DNA of 64,000 bases from Octopus sinensis. Lineage: Eukaryota. Within the stretch, counting starts at the first letter, position 1; each line of letters begins with the position of its first letter. Position numbers and translations under genes: made by a program. The notes under the pieces were generated by a model, which saw only the letters and a list, made by a program, of their open reading frames with translations, did not search any database and had not been told where the DNA came from. Positions 12,105 through 25,055 of this stretch are shown here, one piece after another. The stretch lies in the NCBI RefSeq assembly GCF_006345805.1, contig NC_042997.1, forward strand, positions 186,620,001 to 186,684,000, in the 5' to 3' direction.

Positions 12105-12495
12105 GAGAGAGAGAGAGAAGAGAGAGAGAGAGATAGATAGATAGAAAGACAGACAGACAGACAGACTGACAGACAGATAGATAGATAGATAGATAGAGAC
12201 ATACATACATACATACATATATAGACTGATCAATTGATAGATAAATAGATTGATAGATAGATAGATTTTGGCTTTCACCCATGCGGTCCAGGTTCGATTC
12301 CTGGCATGGGAAAGTTAATTTTCGCTGGCCATGCTCCAGTATGGTCGCACCCTTAGGGCTGAAACATTATACACACATGCACATGCACAAACACATGCAA
12401 ACACACAAACACACTCCCACATATTCACACACACATATTTATCTTCCACATAGCAGTCAATTCCTGTCAGTGATATATATATATATATATATATA

Positions 12496-12893
12496 GGCAC
12501 AGGAGTGGCTGTGTGGTAAGTAGCCTGCTTACCAACCACATGGTTCCGGGTTCAGTCCCACTGCGTGGCACCTTGGGAAAGTGTCTTCTACTATAGCCTC
12601 GGGCTGTCCAAAGCCTTGTGAGTGGATTTGGTAGACGGAAACTGAAAGAAGCCTATTGTATAAATATGTATATATATGTATGTGTGTGTGTTTGTGTGTC
12701 TGTGTTTGTCCCACCAACATCGCTTGAAAACCAATGCTGGTATGTTTATGTCCCCGTTACTTAGCGGTTCGGCCAAAGAGACCGATAGAATAAGTACTAG
12801 GCTTACAAAGAATAAACCTGGGGTCGATTTGCTCGACTAAAAAGGCAGTGCTTCAGCATGGCCGCAGTCAAATGACTGAAACAAGTAAAAGAG
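12496..12893 (+). mobile_element. SINE family A, full length
   Basis: tRNA-like head (TGGCTGTGTGG A-box; GGTTCAGTCCC B-box), central GCACCTTGGGAAAGTGTCTTCTACTATAGCC domain, internal (TA)n(TG)n, tail ...CTGAAACAAGTAAAAGAG. Confidence 0.9.
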
Positions 12894-12996
12894 TATATAG
12901 ACTCTCAGAGTCTATTCAGACACCGATGTTTCAAATAGCCAGTGGGCTTATTAAAAAAAAAATTAATAGCAACAGAAGCAGACAGTTATAACTCAC

Positions 12997-13095
12997 CAGT
13001 GATATAAACAAGAGTGCTTATATGCACCATAAGTCACTATCAGAGGTTCTCTCATGGCAAATAGTGCAGTATTCTGTGTTCTAAAACAACATCTA
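12997..13095 (-). CDS. candidate exon, RCCFRTQNTALFAMREPLIVTYGAYKHSCLYH
   Basis: TACTTTATTTTCCTTACAG acceptor and CTG|GTGAGT donor; 99 nt, one open frame (phase 2-2). The polypyrimidine tract abuts a SINE tail. Confidence 0.3.
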
Positions 13096-13099
13096 CTGT

Positions 13100-13376
13100 A
13101 AGGAAAATAAAGTAAAGTTCCTCCCCAAATCATGTAGAATCAATCTACAAAGGGTCATTTTCCTGGTTTCTATTATGTATATATTCCCTTCCTGGATGGC
13201 ATACTAGTTTGTCAGAGGGTTAGTCATTTTTGTCGGCTGAGCAAACTGGAGCAATGTGAAATGGCGTGTCTTGCTCAAGAACATGCATCGCCTGGTCCAG
13301 GAATCAAAATAATAACCCTATAATCATGAATCGAACACCCTAACCACCAAGCCACGCACTTCCACCTACTTTAAGT
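13100..13376 (-). mobile_element. SINE family D, degenerate
   Basis: Minus tRNA-like head (GTGGCTTGGTGGTTAGGGTG...GATTCCTGGACC) and core GAGCAAGACAC..ATTTCACATTGCTCCAG. Confidence 0.65.
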
Positions 13377-13494
13377 GGAAGATGAATATTACTTTTTGGT
13401 ATAAACACTGCCTCAGTCATTAGGATGCTATGAATGCTAAACCATTGGTCACTTTATGACTGGACATTAACTTTACTTATATATATATATATAT

Positions 13495-13810
13495 ATATTC
13501 TTTTACACTTTTACTTGTTTCAGTCATTTGACAGCAGCCATGCTGGAGCACTGCCTTTAATTGAGGAAATCAACCCCAGGACTTATTCTTTGTATATGTT
13601 TGTGTGTCTGTGTTTGTCCCCCCAACATCGCTTGACAACTGGTGCTGGTGTGTTTAGGTCCCTGAAACTTAGCAGTTCGGCAAAAGAGAGCGATAGAATA
13701 AGTACTAGGCTTACAAAGAATAAGTCCTGGGGTCAATTTGCTCGACTAAAGGCAGTGCTCCAGCATGGTCAAAGTCAAATGGCTGAAACAAGTAAAAGAG
13801 TAAAAAAGAG
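13495..13810. mobile_element. two family A 3' parts in inverted orientation
   Basis: 13502-13592 (minus 3' end) is the inverse of 13715-13806 (plus 3' end). Confidence 0.75.
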
Positions 13811-13837
13811 TATACATATATGATAGAACATCTCTTT

Positions 13838-14405
13838 CTTCACACCATCATGAGAGTAAAAGACAGTTTGCAGATATTTCAATCATGTCTCATGGGAAGA
13901 TAATATCTGGAAAACATTCTCTTACAGTTTGCAATAACATGGTTGATGTCTTCAGTCTTAGCCTAGCACAACCTACATTTGTTGTCAGCCAAAGGTTTCT
14001 GCCTTTTATGCTGTAAATACTTGGTGGGGTTCACCTGTTTATCAATTGCATAGAGGTAGCATTTTAAGTGGGATACCAAGCTTTTTTGGTACTCCATGTA
14101 AAGCATTTGACATGATCAATTCCTTCTATGTCTTGTGTTTTTCATGTTAAGTAACCATTTGCTATCTTCTCAATGAAGAGGTCGGTTTTTTTTATATTGT
14201 TCCTTCTTATGAATAGATTTAACCAATGTTCCTTAGGGAGAGATCTGTACCAGCTCTTATTTCATGCATTTCCTCAAGCTCATTAGTTTTCCTAATTATG
14301 TTGTTGGTTCCATGGTCACAAACTTGGGTAAGATAATTATTGATCTCTTTTCTCAGCTGCAGATGTTGTTTCACCATTATAATCCATGCCTCATATGACA
14401 TCAAT
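13838..14405 (-). mobile_element. R4/Dong/NeSL-like (RLE-clade) non-LTR retrotransposon fragment
   Basis: Minus translation ...SHLKCYLYAIDKQVNPTKYLQHKRQKPLADNKCRLC*AKTEDINHVIANCKRMFSRYYLPMRHD: CCHC knuckle plus RHD motif; stops and frameshifts. Confidence 0.8.
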
Positions 14406-14459
14406 ACAATATATGTACGTATGTATGTATGTATGTATGTATGTATGTATGTATGCATG

Positions 14460-14493
<34 letters not shown>

Positions 14494-14698
14494 CGTATGT
14501 ATGTATGTATGTATGTATGTATGTATGTATGTATGTATGTATGTATGTATGAGAGAGAGAGATTGCAACAGATACTCAGGCATGGACATATGATTAAGAA
14601 GCTTGTTATTGAACCATGTGATTAGGTTTGCTCCTACTGTGTAGACACTGTGTCTTGTCTTCTGGTACATAACTACTAGTTGACCTTGTAAATGAAAA

Positions 14699-14742
<44 letters not shown>

Positions 14743-14840
14743 GTATGTATATATATATATGTATCTGTACATATTTATATGTATATATATATATAGATAT
14801 ATACATATATATATATGCACACACACACACACACATATAT

Positions 14841-15085
14841 AGGGAGAATTCACAGAAAAAACAAAAGACAAAGACAGCTGGTGTAGAAAACAACAGTCGC
14901 CATGATAGATCGTTACCCACTACACACATTTTTTTCTCTCCTTGTTTTTTCTGTGTCCCTTTCTGTAGAAGAGCATAGGCTTGAAATGTAAAAGCCTTTT
15001 TCTATTCCTGAGCGTTATACTAATACATCTGTTTGTTTTGTACACCACCTGCCTTCGTCTTTTCTATTTTTCGTAAACTCTCCCT

Positions 15086-15163
<78 letters not shown>

Positions 15164-15343
15164 TAGCCACTACACACATTTTTTTCTCTCATTGTTTCTC
15201 TCCTTTTCTTTCTGTGTTCCTTTCTGTGGATGAGCGTAGGCTCGAAACATAAAAGACTTTTTCAATTCCCAGGCGTTATACTAATGCATCCGTTTGTTTT
15301 CTACACCACCTGTCGTCGTCTTTTGTTTTTTCATGAATTCTCC

Positions 15344-15345
<2 letters not shown>
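14841..15345 (+). mobile_element. Penelope-type palindromic repeat, tandem pair, each with a hammerhead-like motif
   Basis: Inverted arms 14841-14896 and 15030-15085; second copy 15160-15345; third copy at 28700-28875. Confidence 0.65.
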
Positions 15346-15390
<45 letters not shown>

Positions 15391-15462
15391 TGTGTGTGCA
15401 TATGTATATGTATATATATATATATATATATAAATCTATATCTATATATCTATATCTATCTA

Positions 15463-15498
<36 letters not shown>

Positions 15499-15514
15499 TA
15501 TGTGTATATATACG

Positions 15515-15855
15515 GAGGCAATGACCAAGACCTTTGGCATTATGTCATGCTTGAGAAGAAGACCCATCAGGCAGAGCAAAATTGCAGTCGTGACACATAC
15601 CAGTGTCATGCAAATTGGAACCCATGCCAGTGGCACATAAATGTACCTCAGTGTCACTCAAATGATACCTGTGCCAGTGACACATAAAAGCACCCATTAC
15701 ACTCTTAGAGTGGTTGGCATTAGGAAAGGCATCTAGCCATAGAAAACCATACCAAATCAGACTGGAGTCAGATGCAGCCTTCCAGCTTATTACCCCTGGT
15801 CACCTTTCAACCCATTCCAGCATGGACAACGGACGTTAAATGATGATGATGATAT
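15515..15855 (+). mobile_element. family C retroposon
   Basis: GGAGGCAATGACCAAGACCTTTGGC head, GTGGCACATAAA units, ...GGACGTTAAA(TGA)n tail. Confidence 0.75.
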
Positions 15856-16281
15856 ATATGTAGAAATATATATGTGTGTGTATGTGTGTGTCTGTGTGTG
15901 TGTGTGTGTGTGTGTATGTATATATATATGTATGTGTATATATATATATATGTATCATCATCATCATCATCATCATCATTTAACGTCCGCTTTCCATGCT
16001 AGCATATATATATGCTTACACGCATGATATATATATGTACACTCATAAAATGCATACATAATTGTAAGGATATATTCTTTTATTCTTTTACTTCTTTCAG
16101 TCATTTGACTGTGGCCATGCTGGAGCACCGCCTTTAGTTGAACAAATCAACCTCAGAACTTATTCTTTGTAAACCTAGTAATTATTGTATCACTCTCTTT
16201 GCCGAACTGCTAAGTTATGAAGACGTAAACACACCAACATCGGTTGTCAAGCAATGAGAATACAGATACACAAATATAGAC

Positions 16282-16388
<107 letters not shown>

Positions 16389-16799
16389 AGGAAGGGAAGT
16401 GGTTGGCATTAGAAAGGGCATCCAGCTGTAGAAATGCTGCCAGATCAGACTGGAGCCTGGTGCAGCCTCCTGGCTTCCCAGACTCTGCTCGAACCATCCA
16501 ACTAGCAGGGAAAACGGACGTCAAACGATGATGATGATGATATATATATATGGCAGGTTTCGTTCACTTTCTGTCTACCAAATCAACTCACAAGGCATTT
16601 GTTGGCCCAAGGCTTATAGTAGAAGGCACTTTCCCATGGTGCCATGCAGTAGGATTGAATGCAGAAATATGTGGTTGGGAAGCCAGCTTCTTACCACACA
16701 GCCACTTCTATGCCTAAATAATATACTTCCATATACACACATACACATTCACATTCATACATGAACTTGTTCATACAAACACACACGTGCACACATAAT

Positions 16800-17780
16800 T
16801 TCTACGTACATATATGCATGACATGCACATACATATATACATTCCTATGTGGGTTTGTTCACACATAAACACACACTTACACATATATGCATGCAGAAAC
16901 ACATACATACTTACTTATACATGTACATACATACATATATATACATGTATATACATACATATACAAGTACATACATACATATACACGCACATACATATAC
17001 ATGTATGTATGTACATACATATACACAGACATACATACATATACATGTACATACATATACACATACATACATGCATATACACGTACATACATACATACAC
17101 ACGTACATACATATACACATACATACATGCATATACACGTACATACATACATATACACGTACATACATACATACATATACACGTATATACATACACACGT
17201 ACATACATACATATACATATACATACATGCATATACATGTACATACATGCATACATACATATACACGTACATACATACATACATACATACATACATACAT
17301 ACATACATACATACATACATACACACGTACATACATACATATACACATATACATGTACGTACGTACGTACATACATACATACATACATACATACATACAT
17401 ACATACATACATACATACATACACACGTACATACATACATATACACATATACATGTACGTACGTACGTACATACATACATACATACATACATACATACAT
17501 ACATACATACATACATACATACACACGTACATACATACATATACACATATACATGTACGTACGTACATACATACATACATACATACATACATACATACAT
17601 ACATACATACATACATACATACATACACACGTACATACATACATATACACATATACATGTACGTACGTACGTACATACGTACGTACGTACATACATATAC
17701 ATACATACATACATACATATGCACATACATATACACATACATACATACGCACATGTACATGCATGCATATACGCCAACTA
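16800..17780. repeat. complex (TACA)n microsatellite with ~100-bp higher-order period
   Basis: Motif ACACGTACATACATACATATACACATATACATGTACGTACGTAC recurs near 17321, 17423, 17521 and 17626. Confidence 0.9.
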
Positions 17781-18438
17781 TGTATGGTTTGGTTATCTTA
17801 TTTAAACTTTCTACATTATTATTCTCCCAAATATAAACAGCTAATTGTGTTTATTGCCTTTGGTCAAAACCAAGAATTGAACAGAGAGAAATTCAAATTA
17901 CAAATGGTACTGTATTAGATTAGCATCATTACCAAGATATTTGAATTGCAATAGAAATTTCCAATCCAAATATCTTCCTTAATTTTCTAATTTAAATTTT
18001 AGGAGGCAGCAAAGGCTGAGGCCCATGGAGTTCTCTTTCCATTGGTCAATAAGATTTTTACTTTAGAATTGCTCGTGTTGATTGCTTTAACGTTGTGTTG
18101 ACTTGTATTAATCTCATGAAAAAAGAGACCAAGCGAAGAATTTTTAAATTATGACTGAACTTAGCATGTGTTTGTAAAAGGGACAATAAAATGATATTGT
18201 GGACCAATATGTGTAGTTGTTGTTGCTTTTGTTGTTGTTGTTGTTGTTGTTGTTGTTGCTGTTAAGTGTAAACAGACTTCTTTTCTTTCAGTGTTATTAT
18301 TACTAAAGACTTTAAAAAACGAACGGAAACAAAAAGAAAAATGAAATCACAAAATTCTGTAGTTCAATATTTTTCTTCAATAGAACGAAGAAACTGAATG
18401 TTGTTGTGCTCAAACATGCACAAACAACCACTCCTATA

Positions 18439-18961
18439 GGCGTAGGAGTGGCTGTGTGGTAAGTAGCTTGCTTACGAACCATATAGTTCCAGGTTCAGTC
18501 CCACTGCATGGCACCTTGGGCAAGTGTCTTCTACTATAGCCTTGGGCCATATATATATATACTCTTTTACTCTTTTACTTGTTTCAGTCATTTGACTGCG
18601 TCCATGCTGGAGCACCACCTTTAATCGAGCAACTCGACCCCGGGACTTATTCTTTGTAAGCCCAGTACTTATTCTATCGGTCTCTTTTGCCAAACCGCTA
18701 AGTGACGGGGACATAAACACACCAGCATCGGTTGTCAAGCAATGCTAGGGGGACAAACACAGACACACAAACACGCACATACATATATATATATATATAT
18801 ACATATATACGACAGGCTTCTTTCAGTTTCCGTCTACCAAATCCACTCACAAGGCATTGGTTGGCCCGGGGCTATAGCAGAAGACACTTGCCAAAGATGC
18901 CACGCAGTGGGACTGAACCTGGAACCATGTGGTTGGTTAGCGAGCTACTTACCATACAGCC
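18439..18961. mobile_element. family A head (+, 18439-18548) followed by near-full family A copy (-, 18562-18961)
   Basis: The two heads are reverse complements of each other. Confidence 0.85.
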
Positions 18962-19419
18962 AAAAGTGAGTTTGGAGGGATATATTATTCAGGCAGATAT
19001 TGTATTAGCTCTCAGTTGAGTTCCATTCGACGACTAAATGCAACAATCAATATTTAACATCTGAGGTCTACAGTCAGTTGTTAGTCACTCTGTGAATTCT
19101 TCCAATCCATAATTCCATGTACTCTACACTGGATGCAAAAAAATTCTCTTGAGTATATATTAAGATTAATAATAATAATGAAGTGTATGAAGACTTCTAC
19201 AGCTGTTTCTGAAAGCTCAGATTTAGGTAACAATCATAATAATCGTAATTTGCTGGTGAAATGTGTAAACAATCATTGGTATGTAACTGGTGATCAGACA
19301 TGTTTCATGAAAATATATATTTATATATCAAGCCTGTGTTTATCAACATTACTACTACTCTCTCTTTTTTTCTCTCTCTCTCCTTCTCTCTCTTTCTATC
19401 TCTCTCACTGTGTCCCTAT

Positions 19420-19479
<60 letters not shown>

Positions 19480-20229
19480 CATGCATATATATATATATAT
19501 ACATACACACAGGCACGTACACTGACACACACAAGTGCACACACACACACATACATATTTATATAATCATGAAATTGAAAGGACTGTTCATAGAGATAAC
19601 CAAAATAATTGGTTAAATATATTTTTTTTCCTTTCATTTTCTACATATCAACAAAAATATAGAGTTCTTCTGATCTTGTTAATAGAAATAATTCAATAAT
19701 AATTACACAGCATGTGGCTTAAGAATGCACATTAAAATGGGACAGAAATTCAGATAAGGAGAATTTTAGATGTTTATTTACAAGTATCAAGACAAAGTTT
19801 ATATAAAATGTTTCTGTGAAAATGTACATCAATAAGTCAATAAGATAATTTTTGTTATAGAAATGTGTGTTATGGAAAATGAACATAACTAGTTTCATGT
19901 TTTTGTGTTAACAGAAAAATTTGTGCTACCGAGTCAACTATGAATGATTAGTTAATGGACAGCAATAAAGAGAAAAAAGGAAGCCTAGATAAGGAACATG
20001 TTTTTAAACTGTTAGCAGTCATTCTGTTGAGGCTAAACCAAAGCAAGAAAAAAATAACATAGAGGTGGTGGGAGAATAAGCTGGCCTAACCATAATTGCT
20101 GGCCTAAAGAAAAAGAAATATGTCTGGTGTGAATCAAATATGGGAAAAAGGAAAAATAGTTTTTAATCATTTAATAGTCAAAAATATAGTTCGATTGCAT
20201 CAGGTAGCAATTATCTTTATAAAGGTGCA

Positions 20230-20610
20230 GAAATGGCTGTGTAGTAGGGCTTTTACTTCACAACTACATGGTTCCCATTTCAGCCCCATTGCATGGCACC
20301 TTGGCCAAGTGTCTCCTACTATAGCCTCAGGCCTACTAAAGTCTTATGAGTGGATCTGGTAGATGGAAACTGAAAGAAGCCTGTTGTGTGTGTGTGTTAT
20401 TGTCTGTGGTTGTCCTCCACCACTGCTTGACAACCACTGTTGGTGTATTTAAGTCCCTGAAACTTAGCAGTTCAGCAAAAGTGATCAACAGAATAAGTAC
20501 CACACTTGAAAGATAAAAAAAATTCTGGGGTCAGTTCATTCAACTAAAAATTCTTCGAGGCAGTGCTCCAGCATGACCGCAGACTAATGAGTGAAACAAG
20601 CAAAAGATAA
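20230..20610 (+). mobile_element. SINE family A, older copy
   Basis: ATGGCTGTGTAGTAGG head, GATGGAAACTGAAAGAAGCC, GTGCTCCAGCATGACCGCAG tail. Confidence 0.75.
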
Positions 20611-20799
20611 AAGATAAAAGAAATGTCAATGGCAATTCAAAACCAAAGAGACCCTCGGGGAACAGTGATACGAAGGCAGAGCTGAAAATGCAGGGGTCCA
20701 ACTGAAGAGAAGCAGAAAAGAAACCCAAAGTTGAGAACAGTAGAGAAAGGTCATTCATGGCCTGTACTCTAATGCGGGTTGACTCCATTGGAATTTAAA

Positions 20800-21945
20800 C
20801 ACAAAAATACAAGAGTCATGACTGATGCCAGTGTTGTTTGACTGGCATTTGTGCTGGTGGCATGTAAAAAGCTCCCTTTCAGACGTTGGACCTCACGGAG
20901 GCAATGACAAGCAACCAAGACCTTTGGTGAAATACCGTGCTTGAGAAGACCTGTTGAGCCAAGTGAGATCGCAGTCATGGCCAATGTCAGTGTTATATAA
21001 CTGGTACCCATGCTGGTGGCATGAAAAAAAGCCCCCTCCAGACGTTGGACCTCACGGAAGCAATGACAAGTAGCCAAGACCTTTGGTGATATAATGTGCT
21101 TGAGAAGACCTGTTGAGGCAAGTGAGATCACAGTTATGGTTGATGTAACTGGCACCCATGCTGGTGGCATGTAAAAAGCACCCACTACACTTCTGGACTG
21201 TGAAGGCACATGGCCTAGTGATTAGAGCAGTGGACTCATGGTTGAGGGATCGGGGGTCCGAATCTCAGGTCGGGCGATGTGTGTGTTTATGAGCGAAACA
21301 CCTAAGACCCATGTGGCTCCAGCAGAAGGTAATGACGAACTTCTACTGACTCTTTCACCACAACTTTCTCTCACTCTTTCTTCCTGCATCTAGCAACTCA
21401 CTTATGATGGACTAGCATCCTGTCCAGGTGGGGAACCTATATGCCAATGAAAGTGGGAAATTGGCCATTATGAAGGAACAAACAACACAACACAACAAGC
21501 AATAACACACTCTTGGACTGGTTGTCGATAGGAAGGGCATCTAGCAGCCATAGAAACCATGCCAAATCAGACTGGTACCTGGTGCAGCTCCCCAGCTTAC
21601 CAGTTTTCAGTCAGTGTTACATCCATGCTCATGGAAAATAAAAGATAAAAATAAATGCACCCTTTTAAAGCCTAGCCAGGCTCATGGGCTCAGTTTCCCG
21701 GTTTCTATGGTGTATGTGTTCCCCACCTGGACAGGACGTCAGTCCATCGCAGCGTTACTCATTTTTGCCCGCTGAGTGGACTGGAGCAACGTGAAATGAA
21801 TTGTTTTGCTCAACAACACAACGCGTCGCCCGGTCTAGGAATCGAAACCACAATCTTACAATCATGATGCTGACACTCTAACCATTAAGTTACGTGCCTC
21901 CACTATGCCCATGGAAAACAGACATTAAATGATGATGATGATGAA
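20800..21945. mobile_element. cluster of family C, E and D fragments
   Basis: C units 20810-21190 (GTTGGACCTCACGGAGGCAATGAC twice); E head 21205-21470; D on minus 21645-21905; C tail to 21945. Confidence 0.65.
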
Positions 21946-21995
21946 CCAAAGGGTGAGAAGAAATACTGCAAAGTACTTTGTTCTACACTCTAATC

Positions 21996-22514
21996 CAGAG
22001 GTTCCCAACCAGGGTCTCCATGGACCCTCAGGGGTCCACAGAAGCTCTAAGGAAGCCCATGATTAAAAGATTGTAAGTTGTGCGTCCATATATAAATTAA
22101 GTTTACTAGGAGGGGTACCTGTATTCATTGAAATCTTCAAGATTTGTATTTTGCCAGCCTGCTCTGGCCCCTGTGCCGGTGGCATGTAAAAAGCACCCAC
22201 TACACTCACAGAGTGGTTGGCATTAGGAAGGGCATCCCGCTGTAGAAATACTGCCGGATCAGACTGGAGCCTGGTGCAGCCTCCTGGCTTCCCAGACCCT
22301 GGTCGAACCGTCCAACCCATGCTAGCATGGAAAACGGACGTTAAACGATGATGATGATGATGTTATGAATATAACAAAATTGTTTCATTGTTACTTTTTA
22401 CTAACCTACAAACAAATATTTTATTTCAAAAATTTACACATGCATATATGGTGTCCACAGATGATAAGATAGCTCTTGCGGGGTCCACAAGCAAAATAAG
22501 GTTGGGAACCCCTG
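21996..22514. mobile_element. hAT (Charlie-like) MITE containing a nested family C copy
   Basis: TIRs CAGAGGTTCCCAACC / GGTTGGGAACCCCTG; 8-bp flanks CTCTAATC and TTCTAAGC (6/8 match, close to NTCTAGAN); subterminal GGTCCAC repeats; C insert 22152-22365. Confidence 0.8.
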
Positions 22515-22739
22515 TTCTAAGCATTCTGCCAGTTCACCGCCCAGATCGGTCAGGATTGGAAAATAGAAAATTTATTTTGCTTTGTGAACTAGAAATGTTT
22601 CGTTGATATTTATGCTGTCCATTAGGACAGATAGAAGTGAAATTCTTATGTGTGCAACTTATGCATGAAGCTGACTTTAAGTTTGCTGACAGGAGTTGTT
22701 AATTACTCCGTTGGCTTCTGATTTGAAGAAGTTTGGTTT

Positions 22740-23128
22740 ATGTGAGCATCATCATCATTATCATAGTAATGTCACTGTCGTTGTCATTCTGCATAACTAC
22801 TTACTCCTTTCTCCCCCCCCCCCACCACCATTATCATTCTCACTTTCTTCGTCAACACCACCATTATCATCATCATCATCATCATCATCATCACCATCAC
22901 CATCACCATCATCATCATCATTATCATCATCATCATCATCATCACCACCACCACCACTATCATCATCACCACCACCACCACCATCATCATCACCATCACC
23001 ATCATCATCATCATCATCATCATCACCACCACCACCACTACCACCATCACCATCATCACCATCATCACCATTCATCATCATCATCATCACCACCATCATC
23101 ATCATCATCATCATCGTCATCGTCATCG

Positions 23129-23165
<37 letters not shown>

Positions 23166-23520
23166 TGTCATCATCAACATTTCCGTGATCATCATGTCCT
23201 TTATCATTGCCAGACACCTCTTCCTCTTCTTCCTTCTTCCTTCTCCTCATTATTATTACTGATGTTGTCATTGTAAAAACATCATCATCATCATCATCAT
23301 CATTATCATCATATTCATTTGTAACATCAGCGTCATAGTTACATAATGACCGATGCCACCATCAACCCTCATCATCATCATCATCATCATCATCACAATA
23401 ACAACACCATTCTCTCCCTCCTTTTCCTTATCCTCATTATCATCATTGTCATATATTCCTCCTCATCAGAATCATCATCATCGTCAAAATTCACTCAAAA
23501 CTGATGTCATCATCCACCCT
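22740..23520. repeat. (CAT/CAC)n trinucleotide low-complexity block
   Basis: Long imperfect ATC/ACC runs; source of the poly-H/S/D ORFs. Confidence 0.9.
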
Positions 23521-23809
23521 TTTCTATCTCCATCTCCTCCTACTTCCTTAATTCCCCCTCTTCTTTTTCCTCCTTCCTCCTCCTCCTCCTCCTCAACTTC
23601 ATCACATTTTTTTTTCTCTTCATGCTTGAATACAAATGTCATTCCTGTTGTTAAAAAATATAATTCTATAAACTTAAGTGTCTGTCTGTATGTCTGACAA
23701 ACAAATTTCAAATTTCAGATGATGGTGGAAAAAAATACACGAATACCCCAAGATCGATTAATTTCATTACAAAGAAATTTTATTGACTGCTTATATAGCA
23801 TTGCAAATA

Positions 23810-23853
<44 letters not shown>

Positions 23854-24192
23854 CAACAACAACAACAACAACAACAACGATGACGACGACGATGATGATG
23901 ATGATAAAAATAATAACAATAATAATAATCATGATAATAATAATAATAATAATCATTTCCTTTCTATCTGCAGTATGGTAATATTTTGTCTTGTCCAGAC
24001 ATGTTTGGTGCAGAATGTTGGAAATAAATGACACTGCTTATATGACAGTGGCACTCATTTACAATTATCACACAGTACCATGACAAAAAGACACAAACAT
24101 ACACTCACACATACATTATGTATCTCTCTCTCTCTCTCTCCCTCTCTTTCTTTTTATCTCTCTCACTCCATATATATATATATATATATATT

Positions 24193-24482
24193 CTTTTGTT
24201 CTTTTATTCTTTTACTTGTTTCAGTCATTTGACTGCAGCCATGCTGGAGCACCACCTTTAGTCAAGCAAATCGACCCCAGGTCTTATTCTTTGTAAGCCT
24301 AGTACTTATTCTATCGGTCTCTTTTGTCGAACCGCTAAGTTACAGGGATGTAAACACACCAGCATCGGTTGTCAAGTGATGTTGGGGAGACAAACAAAGA
24401 CACACTAACACACACACACACACACATATACGACGGGCTTCTTTCAGTTTCCATCTACCAAGTCCACTCACAAGGCTTTGGT
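24193..24482 (-). mobile_element. SINE family A, 5'-truncated
   Basis: Diagnostic A tail and body sequence. Confidence 0.8.
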
Positions 24483-24659
24483 TGATATCCATTGATAAGG
24501 TTTCAAAAGCAATGAGAAAGATTTTTAGAAGACAAAATAGAAAGCAAGAGTGGAAATTGAACCAGTGAGTGTGTTAAAGACTCTACCCAGACACAACAAT
24601 ATATATCTATATACATAGGTAGAACTTACTTAGAAAAGGATGTGCTGCATTTAATCATA

Positions 24660-25055
24660 TCTTTATATATAAAAGTGAAGTTGTGTGTCTGTCTCCTACG
24701 ATTTAGATTCCTAACTACTCCCACATTTTGCGGTGCAGTGTAACCAAAAGCGGGTATCTTATAGTCGTGATTCATATCGAGCCCTTCTGGGTATTAGCAC
24801 GTGTCTACGATGAGTCTATGATTTTAAAAAAAAATTTACCATAATTTTTTCCCATTTTTAATGCATTTTTCGCTATTATATAAGGGAAGTAACTCTCTAA
24901 AAATGTATTATTAAATCTCAGAACGTAAAAAGCTACAGTAACACGCCCCCTTTGTGGTTAGCCATATTGAGTTGGCTATTATACTTTACATCTCTAAAAA
25001 GGCTTATATAGTTATTTCCCTTACAAACCCGAGCAACGCCGGGCGATACTGCTAG
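24660..25055 (+). mobile_element. non-autonomous Helitron
   Basis: 5' TC (TCTTTATATATAAAAG), 3' hairpin CCCGAGCAACGCCGGG at 25028-25043, terminal CTAG, inserted between A and T with no TSD. Confidence 0.85.

Noticed and set aside
16814-17918. Six ORFs of 281-343 aa (YIHT / VCMY repeats)
   Set aside because: Translations of the (TACA)n microsatellite, which lacks stops in all frames.
22696-23271. Poly-His/Ser/Asp ORFs
   Set aside because: Trinucleotide repeat read-through in several frames; no splice or domain support.
23719-23812. Plus pseudo-exons ending in stops (also 30801, 31523, 34880, 40933, 44188)
   Set aside because: Each has an acceptor but reaches a stop without a good donor; too many to be terminal exons, so probably chance.
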